Assembly (NCBI GenBank): GCA_021811405.1
Contig: JAJZOZ010000001.1
Span: 5,103 to 69,102 of the forward strand
Direction: 5' to 3'
DNA: 64,000 nt
Source: a bacterium
GTDB taxonomy: Bacteria > Elusimicrobiota > Elusimicrobia > Elusimicrobiales > UBA9959
Of the stretch, positions 16,934-24,490 are shown piece after piece. Each line of letters opens with the position of its first letter. The stretch's first letter is position 1. The notes under the pieces are model-generated. The model was given only the letters and a program-made list of their open reading frames with translations. It ran no database searches and was not told the DNA's origin. The position numbers and the translations under genes are program-made.

Positions 16934-17698
16934 TTATTTCAGTTTTTTCAGGCTTTCCCGCACCTGTATGGTGAACGGATGCGCCGGTCCCAGCGCTTTT
17001 TCCGCCAGGGCCAGGGCCGTCTTGTACCGCGCGCGGGCCTCGGCCGGCCTGTCCAGGTCGCGGTAAAGGTCGCCCAGATTGCTCAGCGTGATGGCCATGT
17101 TGGGGTTGCCGTGGCCGAAGCTGCCGCCGCAGAGGTCTACGGCCCTCTTGAAAAGAGCCTCGGCGCGCGCGGGGTCCTTGCGCTGGTGGCAGACCTTCGC
17201 CAGGTTGTTCAGCGTGGCGACCACGTCGGAGATGTCGGCTCCGGGGGTCTTGTCGTAATAGGAGAGGGTGGTCTCGAAGGCTTTCTGGGCCGCCTCCAGC
17301 TTGCCTTCTTTCTGGTAAACGGCTCCCAGATTGTTCAGCGCGGTCATGGCCTGGGCCGAGGTCTCGCCGTAGGATTTCGCCGCCAGGGAGAACACCTCGC
17401 CGGCCAGCGGCTCGGCGGCGGAGAAATCGCCGCGGTCATAGTACAGCTTGGCGAGCAGGCCGACGTTGCCGGCCAGCCGGATGTCTCCGGACCGGAAGAT
17501 CTTCCTGGCCAGTTTCAGCGCTTTCCCGGCCTCCTGCACGGCCATCTCTCCCTGTCCATGCTTCGAATATACCGCGGCTTTATCCATGCTCTCCTGCCAG
17601 GCCGGCAGGTCCTTTTCGCTGTTCACGCAGGCGGAAAGCGCCAGGATGATGATAGCCGGGACTAGAGCGGCGCGGTAGCGGATGTTATAAGAGGGCAT
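16934..17698 (-). CDS. TPR-repeat lipoprotein
   Basis: Signal peptide plus lipobox ALSAC. Repeated TPR_12-like units (LNNLGAVYQKEGKLEAAQKAFE, LNNLAKVCHQRKDPARAEALFKRA, LSNLGDLYRDLDRPAEARARYKTA). Confidence 0.8.
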   Translation of the reverse strand: MPSYNIRYRAALVPAIIILALSACVNSEKDLPAWQESMDKAAVYSKHGQGEMAVQEAGKALKLARKIFRSGDIRLAGNVGLLAKLYYDRGDFSAAEPLAGEVFSLAAKSYGETSAQAMTALNNLGAVYQKEGKLEAAQKAFETTLSYYDKTPGADISDVVATLNNLAKVCHQRKDPARAEALFKRAVDLCGGSFGHGNPNMAITLSNLGDLYRDLDRPAEARARYKTALALAEKALGPAHPFTIQVRESLKKLK

Positions 17699-17816
17699 TC
17701 GTATCTCCTTAAGAGCTTGTTGCGTAGATCCAGAACCTGCGGCAATTGCGGCTTTTGGGCTGCGGCTTCGTCGCTTACGGCCCCGGCTTCGAGGCCGCCG
17801 ATGGCCTGTTATCGCG

Positions 17817-17833
17817 TGGCAGCATTGCTGCCA
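17817..17833. promoter_or_regulatory. Candidate sigma-54 (-24/-12) promoter, perfectly palindromic
   Basis: TGGCAGCATTGCTGCCA reads TGGCAG-N5-CTGC on the + strand and TGGCAG-CAATG-CTGC on the - strand. It lies 20 nt upstream of ATG 17853, and 119 nt upstream of the divergent TPR gene start at 17698. Confidence 0.55.
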
Positions 17834-17852
17834 TGATAATAAATGACGCGTT

Positions 17853-18227
17853 ATGCTGTCTATATTGATCGTGGACGATGAGCCGCTGATAAACTGGTCG
17901 CTGGGCCAGGTCTTCGAAGGCGCCGGCTACGCCGTGACCCTGGCCGAAAGCGGCGAGGAGGCCGAGGCGCTGGCCATGGCCGGCCGTTTCGACGTGGTAT
18001 TGACGGACGTTAAGATGAAAGGCATGACCGGGTTCGAGCTCCTCCGGCGGCTGAAAGCGGGCCTTCCGGGGGTCAAGGTGGTCCTGATGACGGCTTTCTC
18101 CGGAGAGGCGGAAAAGGACGCCTCCTTACGGGAAGGCGCCGACGATTTCATACGCAAGCCTTTCAATGTGGCGGAGGTGGTCCAGCGGGTGCGGGCGCTG
18201 CTCGCAGGGGCGGAGTGCGCGTTTTAA
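17853..18227 (+). CDS. Single-domain response regulator (CheY-like receiver)
   Basis: ILIVDDE. Phospho-acceptor context DVVLTDVKMKGMTG. The motifs LMTAF and KPF. Confidence 0.85.
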   Translation: MLSILIVDDEPLINWSLGQVFEGAGYAVTLAESGEEAEALAMAGRFDVVLTDVKMKGMTGFELLRRLKAGLPGVKVVLMTAFSGEAEKDASLREGADDFIRKPFNVAEVVQRVRALLAGAECAF

Positions 18228-18248
18228 CGCGATTTGCGTCAAATCGCG
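18228..18248. repeat. Perfect inverted repeat CGCGATTT-GCGTC-AAATCGCG immediately after the receiver gene stop
   Basis: 8-bp arms with a 5-nt loop starting 1 nt after the TAA stop. The following sequence, CATTGTTTG, is only weakly T-rich. It could be an attenuating hairpin or an operator. Confidence 0.4.
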
Positions 18249-18307
18249 CATTGTTTGCTATGATATTACGGAAATTCCGTGCATCTGTGATCTGGAGCCG
18301 ACCTTCC

Positions 18308-19297
18308 ATGCGCCATAGTATCAGAAAGAACCCGTGCGGCCCCCGCCGCCTGCTCCGCGCCGCTGCTGTCCTCTGCCCGCTGCTCTGTCTTGCCGCCCTT
18401 TCCTGGGCCGGGAAGAAGGACAACGCGCCCGACCCTTTTTACGCCAGGCACACGGCCGAGGCCGGAAAGTTCGCCGGTAAGGGGCACGTCCATACTCCGG
18501 TGGCGAAGAACGTCTGCAGCCCGTGCCACGCGTCGGCGGAAGACCCGAAGAAGCTCTCCGCCGAGGGCAATGAGCTGTGCTTCTCCTGCCACTCCGCGCT
18601 GAAGAAGGACCTTAAGAAGAAGAAGGTCCACGAGCCCTTCTCCGGCATGCCCTGCTCCACCTGCCACGACCCGCATTCCTCCGGAGAGGCCGCCAACCTC
18701 GTTTCCCCGGTCAGGGAGCTCTGCTCCATGTGCCATGACGTCTCAGCTACCGGTACGGCGGCCGCGCACGGCGGCGTCAGGACGATGAAGAAGGACTGCA
18801 CGCTGTGCCATTCCCCGCACGCCTCCGACAACGGCAAGCTGCTGCTGGAGGGAAAAACGCATCCCTCTTTCGAAGCCGGCTCCTGCGGTACCTGCCACGC
18901 CGAGCCGGGCCCGGACGGCGAGGCGAAGCTTTCCGGTTCCGCGGGCAGCGCGTGCCTTATGTGCCACGGGGACCTGCAGGACGCCATGAAGGAGAAGTCG
19001 GCGCACCGGCCTTTCCTGTCCGGCGCCTGCGAGAAATGCCATTTTCCCCATGTAGGCAAGTTCCGGGCCTTCACGCTCTCGGAGCCAGAGCTGATGTGCC
19101 GCTCCTGCCACGCGGGCATCCAGGATAACGGCCACCCGGTGGTCGGACACCTTTCCCACGATCCCGGCAAAAAGAATCCCCTGGACAAGTCACGGCCGTT
19201 CGACTGCGTTTCCTGCCACAAGCCGCACGCTTCCGCTTTCGGAAAGCTGCTGGTGAAAGAGCCGGGGGAACTGTGCCTGGCCTGCCATGAGCAGTGA
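18308..19297 (+). CDS. Multihaem c-type cytochrome, 11 CXXCH (329 aa)
   Basis: Start taken at ATG 18308 (MRHSIRKNP..LLCLAALSWAG signal). Motifs: CSPCH, CFSCH, CSTCH, CSMCH, CTLCH, CGTCH, CLMCH, CEKCH, CRSCH, CVSCH and CLACH. Confidence 0.85.
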   Translation: MRHSIRKNPCGPRRLLRAAAVLCPLLCLAALSWAGKKDNAPDPFYARHTAEAGKFAGKGHVHTPVAKNVCSPCHASAEDPKKLSAEGNELCFSCHSALKKDLKKKKVHEPFSGMPCSTCHDPHSSGEAANLVSPVRELCSMCHDVSATGTAAAHGGVRTMKKDCTLCHSPHASDNGKLLLEGKTHPSFEAGSCGTCHAEPGPDGEAKLSGSAGSACLMCHGDLQDAMKEKSAHRPFLSGACEKCHFPHVGKFRAFTLSEPELMCRSCHAGIQDNGHPVVGHLSHDPGKKNPLDKSRPFDCVSCHKPHASAFGKLLVKEPGELCLACHEQ

Positions 19298-19381
19298 GGA
19301 ACTCCGGGGGGCGGGGAAAAGGCGCGAGCAATAGAGCGCTGATTTGCGGGTACAGCGGGGCTTATCCTTAAAGGAGTTTTT

Positions 19382-20428
19382 ATGCGGTCCATCGTGCTGT
19401 CTTTGGCGGTTATGGGCGGTCTCTTCGCGGTGTACGGGACGCCGGCGGCGGCCGCCGCCGAAGCGAAAGAAATAGTCTTCCCGGCTCCGCCCGACGTGCC
19501 GCGCATAAAATATCTCAGAAGCCTCGCGCGGGAATCCGATATTTCCGGCCGGAAATCCGGCATGTGGGGCAAGTTCCTCAACGCCATCACCGGCAAGGAG
19601 GCGTCCAACATCTTCATGACCAGGCCGTACGACGTCTGCGCCGACACCGGCAGCGTCTACGTCTCGGACAGCGAGGGCGGGGCCGTGGTGGCGTTCAACC
19701 TGCAGAGCGGGAAAGCCTACAAGATCGGCGGCACGCTGGAGGGGAGGCTGGTCTCCCCGATGGGAGTGGCGCTGGATTCCTCGGGCAGGCTTTTCGTGGC
19801 GGATTCGGCCGGGGACACGATAAAGGTCTTTTCAGTGAACGGAGATTTTCTTTTTCGCTTCGGCCTTTCCGGCTCCGGGCCCGGGCAGTTGAAAAAGCCG
19901 CTGGACGTGACCTATGACCGCGGGCGCGACAGGATACTGGTGGCGGACAGCGGCAACGCGCGGATACAGATTTTCGACACCGCCGGAAAGTTCATAGCCC
20001 AGATAGGGAGCCGCGGGACCGCCGACGGCCAGTTCTCCATTCCGGTCGGGGTGGCCGTGGCCCCGGACGGGCGGGTGATCGTCTCTGATACCATGCTCTG
20101 CCGGGTGCAGGAATTCTCACCTGACGGGAAGTTCCTCCTGAAGTTCGGCGAGCAGGGGGACAGCCTGGGCTACTTCGCCCGGCCCAAGGGAGTGGCCACG
20201 GACAGCGACGGGAACATCTACGTGGCGGACGCGCTTTTCAGCGCGATACAGATCTTCGATCCGAAGGGCGAGCTGCTGATGCATTTCGGGGCCGAGGGCG
20301 GCGAGCCCGGCGCTTTCCAGCTGCCCATCGGCGTCTACGTGGACGACCAGGACAAGGTCTATATCGCCGATTCTTTCAACCAGCGCGTCCAGGTCTTCCA
20401 GTACCTGAAGCAGCCTAAAGCGCCTTAG
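19382..20428 (+). CDS. Exported NHL-repeat six-bladed beta-propeller protein (paralog 1 of 4)
   Basis: RBS AAAGGAG and a signal peptide. Repeated NHL-type units (P.GVA.D..G.I.V.D..N.R.Q.F). Conserved N-terminal VFPAPPDVPRIKYL and C-terminal QRVQVFQYLK. Confidence 0.85.
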   Translation: MRSIVLSLAVMGGLFAVYGTPAAAAAEAKEIVFPAPPDVPRIKYLRSLARESDISGRKSGMWGKFLNAITGKEASNIFMTRPYDVCADTGSVYVSDSEGGAVVAFNLQSGKAYKIGGTLEGRLVSPMGVALDSSGRLFVADSAGDTIKVFSVNGDFLFRFGLSGSGPGQLKKPLDVTYDRGRDRILVADSGNARIQIFDTAGKFIAQIGSRGTADGQFSIPVGVAVAPDGRVIVSDTMLCRVQEFSPDGKFLLKFGEQGDSLGYFARPKGVATDSDGNIYVADALFSAIQIFDPKGELLMHFGAEGGEPGAFQLPIGVYVDDQDKVYIADSFNQRVQVFQYLKQPKAP

Positions 20429-20478
20429 GACCGGCCGGGGCGCCGGAATATGACGCCGATCGCGGAGCCTGCGGTCCC

Positions 20479-20508
20479 TTGACAACGGCGCGGCCGCGGG
20501 GGTATACT
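20479..20508 (+). promoter_or_regulatory. Sigma-70-type promoter
   Basis: TTGACA-N18-TATACT, about 30 nt upstream of GTG 20539. Confidence 0.55.
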
Positions 20509-20538
20509 TCGCTAAGAACGCGCCGTACCGGAGGAGCG

Positions 20539-21102
20539 GTGAAAACCAAGGTCATACTTCTTTTCATGTCGGTGACGCTGCTGCTGGCTTATTTCGCGCA
20601 TAGACGCGGGAAGCCGGTGACGGTCCCTTCCGACCTGCGCGATTCCGTGATAACCGTTCATGGCTCTTCCGGGGTTCCCGGTTTGGCGCCGCAGTGCCTG
20701 TCCGGCGGCCTTCCGCACAGGGCCGCGGCCGCCGCCGCCTGGGACGGCGGCGGAGCGCTCGCCGCCGGCGTTCAGTCTTCCCCGATGGCGCAGGGAGTAT
20801 ATTCCTGCCTGTCCTGCCATGACGGCACGGTGGCGCCGGCGGATAAGTCGTATTCGGCCGCGCTCGGCTTTTCCGGCGGCGCGCCGGAGGGCGGCTCCGC
20901 CGGAAATCACCCGGTGGGCGTGGATTACGGGGAGGCCATGCGCGCCCGCCCAGGCGAGTACAATGACCCGCATTCCAACCCGGATATCAGGCTTTCCGGG
21001 AACAAGGTCACGTGTCTTTCCTGCCATGCCAGCGAACTGACGGCCGGCCTGCAAATGCCCGGCGGCCAGACCGCTCTTTGTCTCTCCTGTCACAGGCTTT
21101 GA
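20539..21102 (+). CDS. Small c-type cytochrome, 3 CXXCH, divergent member of the tetrahaem family with a degenerate first haem site
   Basis: GTG start preceded by GGAGGAG. TM/signal segment VILLFMSVTLLLAYFA. The motif CLSCH occurs three times, and GNHPVGVDY is present. The position of the first motif reads CLSGGLPH. Confidence 0.7.
   Translation: MKTKVILLFMSVTLLLAYFAHRRGKPVTVPSDLRDSVITVHGSSGVPGLAPQCLSGGLPHRAAAAAAWDGGGALAAGVQSSPMAQGVYSCLSCHDGTVAPADKSYSAALGFSGGAPEGGSAGNHPVGVDYGEAMRARPGEYNDPHSNPDIRLSGNKVTCLSCHASELTAGLQMPGGQTALCLSCHRL
20994..21102 (+). repeat. Direct repeat copy A (3' end of the trihaem cytochrome gene)
   Basis: About 90% identical by eye to 28422-28530, with a perfect 59-nt core (21016-21074 = 28444-28502). 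Confidence 0.9.
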
Positions 21103-21450
21103 GCGCGCTTACCGCCTGCTCCGGCTTTTTGCCGGACCGGCCGGAAGATCGCGTGCCTTTTACCGGGCGTTCACTGATCGATGGATACGCTGAGGGCTTG
21201 TTTTCTGGCGTCCGCTTCATTGCCTGTTCCGCGGATCGCGGAGTCCGCCCGCGGCGGACGCCGCCCCTTGCCCGCATACCGCGTGTATGCCCGCTCATCG
21301 CGGCTTGTTCCCGGACAGCGCCGCTGAGCGCCACCCACAGCCGTCTCCGGCCTATGGCCGTGCCAGGAGCTATGCCCGTCGAACAGCCAAATCCGGGCCG
21401 CCATAAGTCATATTGCTTATGCGCGGGCCGGTTAATGAGGAAATACTGTT

Positions 21451-22512
21451 ATGCGTAATCCACCCGCCAGACCCGTCCAGCGTAGTTTATGGAGCGCGTT
21501 CGCCGCCAAATGCGCCATTGCCCTTTTCGCCGGCAGTTTGGCGGGGCCGATCGCCGCGCATGGCCAGGACATCGTCTTTCCGCCGGCTCCGGATGCTCCG
21601 CGCGTGCGCTATCTGTACAGCCTCAGCGGGCCGCAGGACATCAAGCCGAAAGTGTCCGGGTTCAGGGCTTTTCTGCTGAAGCTTGCCGGTAAAGGCCCGC
21701 GGTCCGGCCAGGCCATGGTGCGGCCTTACGGCGTGTACGCCGCCTCCGGCCGCGTCTTTGTAGCCGATACCGGCGGCATGGCCGTGGCGGTGTTCGACCG
21801 CGGCGCAAAACGGCTGACGAGGATCGGCGGTTCGCGGGAGGGCAGCCTTATCAATCCGATCGATGTTGCAGCCGATGAGGCCGGCAATATCTACGTTACG
21901 GATTCCGGGCTGAATCTGGTCAAGGTTTACGGGCCGGACGGGAACTTCCTGAGGCAACTGGGCACGGCTTCGGGACTGTCGCATCCCACGGGCATCGTTT
22001 ACGACGCCGGCCGCAAACGGCTGATCGTCGCCGATACGGGGAACTCCCGCCTGGTCCTGTTCGACGCGGGCGGGAAAATGTCGGGGACTATAGGCCGCCG
22101 GGGAACGGAAAAGGGGGACATGTCGGTGCCGATAAATCTGGCGCTGGACAGGGAAGGCGATATCTATGTCGTGGAGAACATGCTCAGCCGCGTCCAGATA
22201 TATTCTCCGGAGGGGGTTTTTCTTTCGCAGTTCGGCAAAAACGGCGACCTGCCGGGCTATTTCGCCAGGCCAAGAGGCATAGCCCTTGACAGCGACGGCA
22301 ATATTTATGTCGTTGACGCCTTGATGAATATGGTGCAGATTTTCGACCGGGAAGGGAAACTGCTGCTGTTCTTCGGAGGCGGCGGCGCGGAGCCGGGCAC
22401 GTTCCAGCTGCCTGCCGGAATTTTCATAGATCCGGAGGACCGTATTTATGTGGTGGATTCCAACAATAGGCGTGTCCAGGTTTTCCAGTATCTGAAGCCG
22501 CCTCCGAAATAG
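21451..22512 (+). CDS. Exported NHL-repeat beta-propeller protein (paralog 2 of 4)
   Basis: Signal peptide. IVFPPAPDAPRVRYL. NHL units. C-terminal RRVQVFQYLKPPPK. Confidence 0.85.
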   Translation: MRNPPARPVQRSLWSAFAAKCAIALFAGSLAGPIAAHGQDIVFPPAPDAPRVRYLYSLSGPQDIKPKVSGFRAFLLKLAGKGPRSGQAMVRPYGVYAASGRVFVADTGGMAVAVFDRGAKRLTRIGGSREGSLINPIDVAADEAGNIYVTDSGLNLVKVYGPDGNFLRQLGTASGLSHPTGIVYDAGRKRLIVADTGNSRLVLFDAGGKMSGTIGRRGTEKGDMSVPINLALDREGDIYVVENMLSRVQIYSPEGVFLSQFGKNGDLPGYFARPRGIALDSDGNIYVVDALMNMVQIFDREGKLLLFFGGGGAEPGTFQLPAGIFIDPEDRIYVVDSNNRRVQVFQYLKPPPK

Positions 22513-22625
22513 GGCTTGCGGCAGAAAACCGTTTGTGCGGGATTTCCCCCGGTCTGCGTGAAATCACCCGGATTTGCGGCGGCCGGAACAGCGGTTTCCA
22601 TTGGGAAAGGCGCGTTGCGGGGTGT

Positions 22626-22641
22626 TGGCAGAAACGCTGCA
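22626..22641 (+). promoter_or_regulatory. Candidate sigma-54 (-24/-12) promoter
   Basis: TGGCAGAAACGCTGCA has correct GG/GC register. It lies 88 nt upstream of ATG 22730. The palindrome CTTGACATGTCAAG (22661-22674) lies in the presumed 5' UTR. Confidence 0.65.
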
Positions 22642-22729
22642 CTAAGGATATATGGCGGGGCTTGACATGTCAAGTGCCGCGGCCGCGGCGGGGAAAATGC
22701 GCGGGGGACAGAGGAAACGGGGAGGCGTT

Positions 22730-23365
22730 ATGAAGAAACATGAATCCGTGTGGGCGGGCATGCTTATAGCGTGTGCCCTTGTTCTGCCGGCGCGGCCGGC
22801 GCGCGCAGTGGTTGCGGGTTCCCTGCACGACTTCACCGCGGCCCCGTATTCGCTGCTCACCACCTGTTCGGGCTGCCACGTGCCGCACCAGACCAAGACG
22901 AATGTCCCGTTATGGGCGCACGCGACATCCACGTATACCTACACATTGTATAACCAGAACGCGGCGTATGTCGTGAAAAGCCCCGCCTTCACTTACGATG
23001 CGTCCCCGAGCGCCCTCACGGGCAGCAAATCGCTGTTATGCCTGGGCTGCCATGACGGTACGGTGGCGGTATCCGGCACGAACTATATCACGCAGGCCTC
23101 GGCCTCCTGGATACTTTATGACGCCGGAGCGAAGGTGGGCGGCCAGGCGAGCGCCAATCCGTCGGCCGGCCTGAAAGGCAGCCATCCTATCGGTGTCGTC
23201 TACCAGGCGGTGGCGGGGAAATATAATGATATCTCGCTCGACCCCGATGTGAAGCTGGACAGCACCAAGGTCCAATGCACTTCGTGCCACAACCCGCACA
23301 ACCTGTTCCCCAAGATGCTGGTGAAATCAGGCGCCGCGCTCTGCACCACCTGCCATATAAAGTAA
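22730..23365 (+). CDS. Tetrahaem c-type cytochrome (211 aa), cassette A
   Basis: Start at ATG 22730 (RBS GGGGAGG, signal MKKHESVWAGMLIACALVLPARPARA). Motifs CSGCHVPH, CLGCHDG, CTSCHNPH and CTTCHIK, plus NVPLWAH and GSHPIGVVY. Confidence 0.85.
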   Translation: MKKHESVWAGMLIACALVLPARPARAVVAGSLHDFTAAPYSLLTTCSGCHVPHQTKTNVPLWAHATSTYTYTLYNQNAAYVVKSPAFTYDASPSALTGSKSLLCLGCHDGTVAVSGTNYITQASASWILYDAGAKVGGQASANPSAGLKGSHPIGVVYQAVAGKYNDISLDPDVKLDSTKVQCTSCHNPHNLFPKMLVKSGAALCTTCHIK

Positions 23366-23437
23366 CGCGCGGCAGGAACGGCCCGCCGGGGTTTTTAAGC
23401 ACGGGGGCCGCTGTTTCCGGGAATCCAGGATGATAAA

Positions 23438-24490
23438 ATGCGCTGGAAAACGGCCGGCATCAGTCTGAAAACGCTGAAGTTTCCAGCCATGCTGCTGGCT
23501 ATAGCGTTCACGGCAGCCGCCGCGGCGTCCGTTGGCGGGCGTGTCTGGCCCCCGGCCCCGGATAAGGCGCGGATCCGGCTGATAGCCGTGCTTCCCGAAG
23601 CGGCGCAGGAGGACAATGCCGGGCCGCTTTTTCTGAAAATTTTACGCCGCCTGGCCGGCCTGAAGCCGGGCAAGCGCCGCGGTCCGGGGTTTGTGCGCCC
23701 CACAGGCGTGGCCGTGCGCGGCCGCGTCGTCTATGCCGCAGACCCGGGAGCCGGAGGCGTTGTCATCTATGACACCGAAAAACGTTCCTGCAGCCTGATT
23801 CCGGCCAACCGCCGCAACCGCCTGCCTTCTCCGGTAGGAGTGGCGGCGGCTTCCGACGGGAGCATATTCGTCAGCGATTCCCGGCTGCGGAAAGTTCTTC
23901 TGTTCGACGCCGGAGGCCGCGCCAGCGGCGAACTTAAACCCCCGCCGGGCGCTTTCATGCGGCCGGGTGGTCTGGCTCTGGACGAGGCCCGCGGCCGGCT
24001 GTGGGTGGCCGACGCTGCGGCGCATATGATCTACGCCTATTCTCTCGGCGGAGAATACCTGTTTTCCATCGGCGCGCGGGGCCAGGCGCCCGGCAGTTTC
24101 AATTATCCCACCTATCTCTGGGCCGATACGCGCACAGGAGCCCTGTGGGTCTGCGACTCCGGCAACTTCCGCGTCCAGTCCCTTGACGCCGCCGGGCGGC
24201 CGACAGGGGCTCTGGGGCGCAACGGCAACTGCCCCGGTTATCTGGCGCGGCCGCGCGGCGTGGCCGCAGATTCCGAAGGCCACGTCTATGTGGCGGACGG
24301 CGCGATGTCCGCCGTGCAGATATTTGACGAGAGCGGGCGGTTATTGCTGTATTTCGGAGAGCGGGGCGGCCAACCGGGCGAGTTCTATCTGCCGGGGGGG
24401 GTGTTCATTGACGGCGACGACAGGATATATGTCGCCGATACCTATAACGCCAGGGTGCAGGTATTCCAGTACCTGAAGGACGCGCCATGA
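23438..24490 (+). CDS. Exported NHL-repeat beta-propeller protein (paralog 3 of 4), cassette A
   Basis: Signal peptide. VWPPAPDKARIRLI. NHL units. C-terminal ARVQVFQYLKDAP. ATGA overlap with the next gene. Confidence 0.85.
   Translation: MRWKTAGISLKTLKFPAMLLAIAFTAAAAASVGGRVWPPAPDKARIRLIAVLPEAAQEDNAGPLFLKILRRLAGLKPGKRRGPGFVRPTGVAVRGRVVYAADPGAGGVVIYDTEKRSCSLIPANRRNRLPSPVGVAAASDGSIFVSDSRLRKVLLFDAGGRASGELKPPPGAFMRPGGLALDEARGRLWVADAAAHMIYAYSLGGEYLFSIGARGQAPGSFNYPTYLWADTRTGALWVCDSGNFRVQSLDAAGRPTGALGRNGNCPGYLARPRGVAADSEGHVYVADGAMSAVQIFDESGRLLLYFGERGGQPGEFYLPGGVFIDGDDRIYVADTYNARVQVFQYLKDAP

Noticed and set aside
22652-22729. Longer N-terminal extensions proposed by the ORF track for several genes. 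They are 22652 versus 22730, 31119 versus 31233, 18215 versus 18308, 42127 versus 42184, 7361-8467 versus start 8320, 30759 versus 30687, and 461 versus 659.
   Set aside because: - In each case the internal ATG or GTG is preceded by a good RBS.
- It begins a canonical signal peptide or the conserved N-terminus of the family.
- The extensions overlap promoters or upstream genes.
23366-23437. Possible terminators after the tetrahaem genes (23366-23437 and 31893-31980).
   Set aside because: The hairpins are short or bulged and lack a proper T-tract (for example GCCGGGCG..CGCCCCCGGC followed by GGCTTATTG). They are more likely partial attenuators or nothing, so they were not listed as features.
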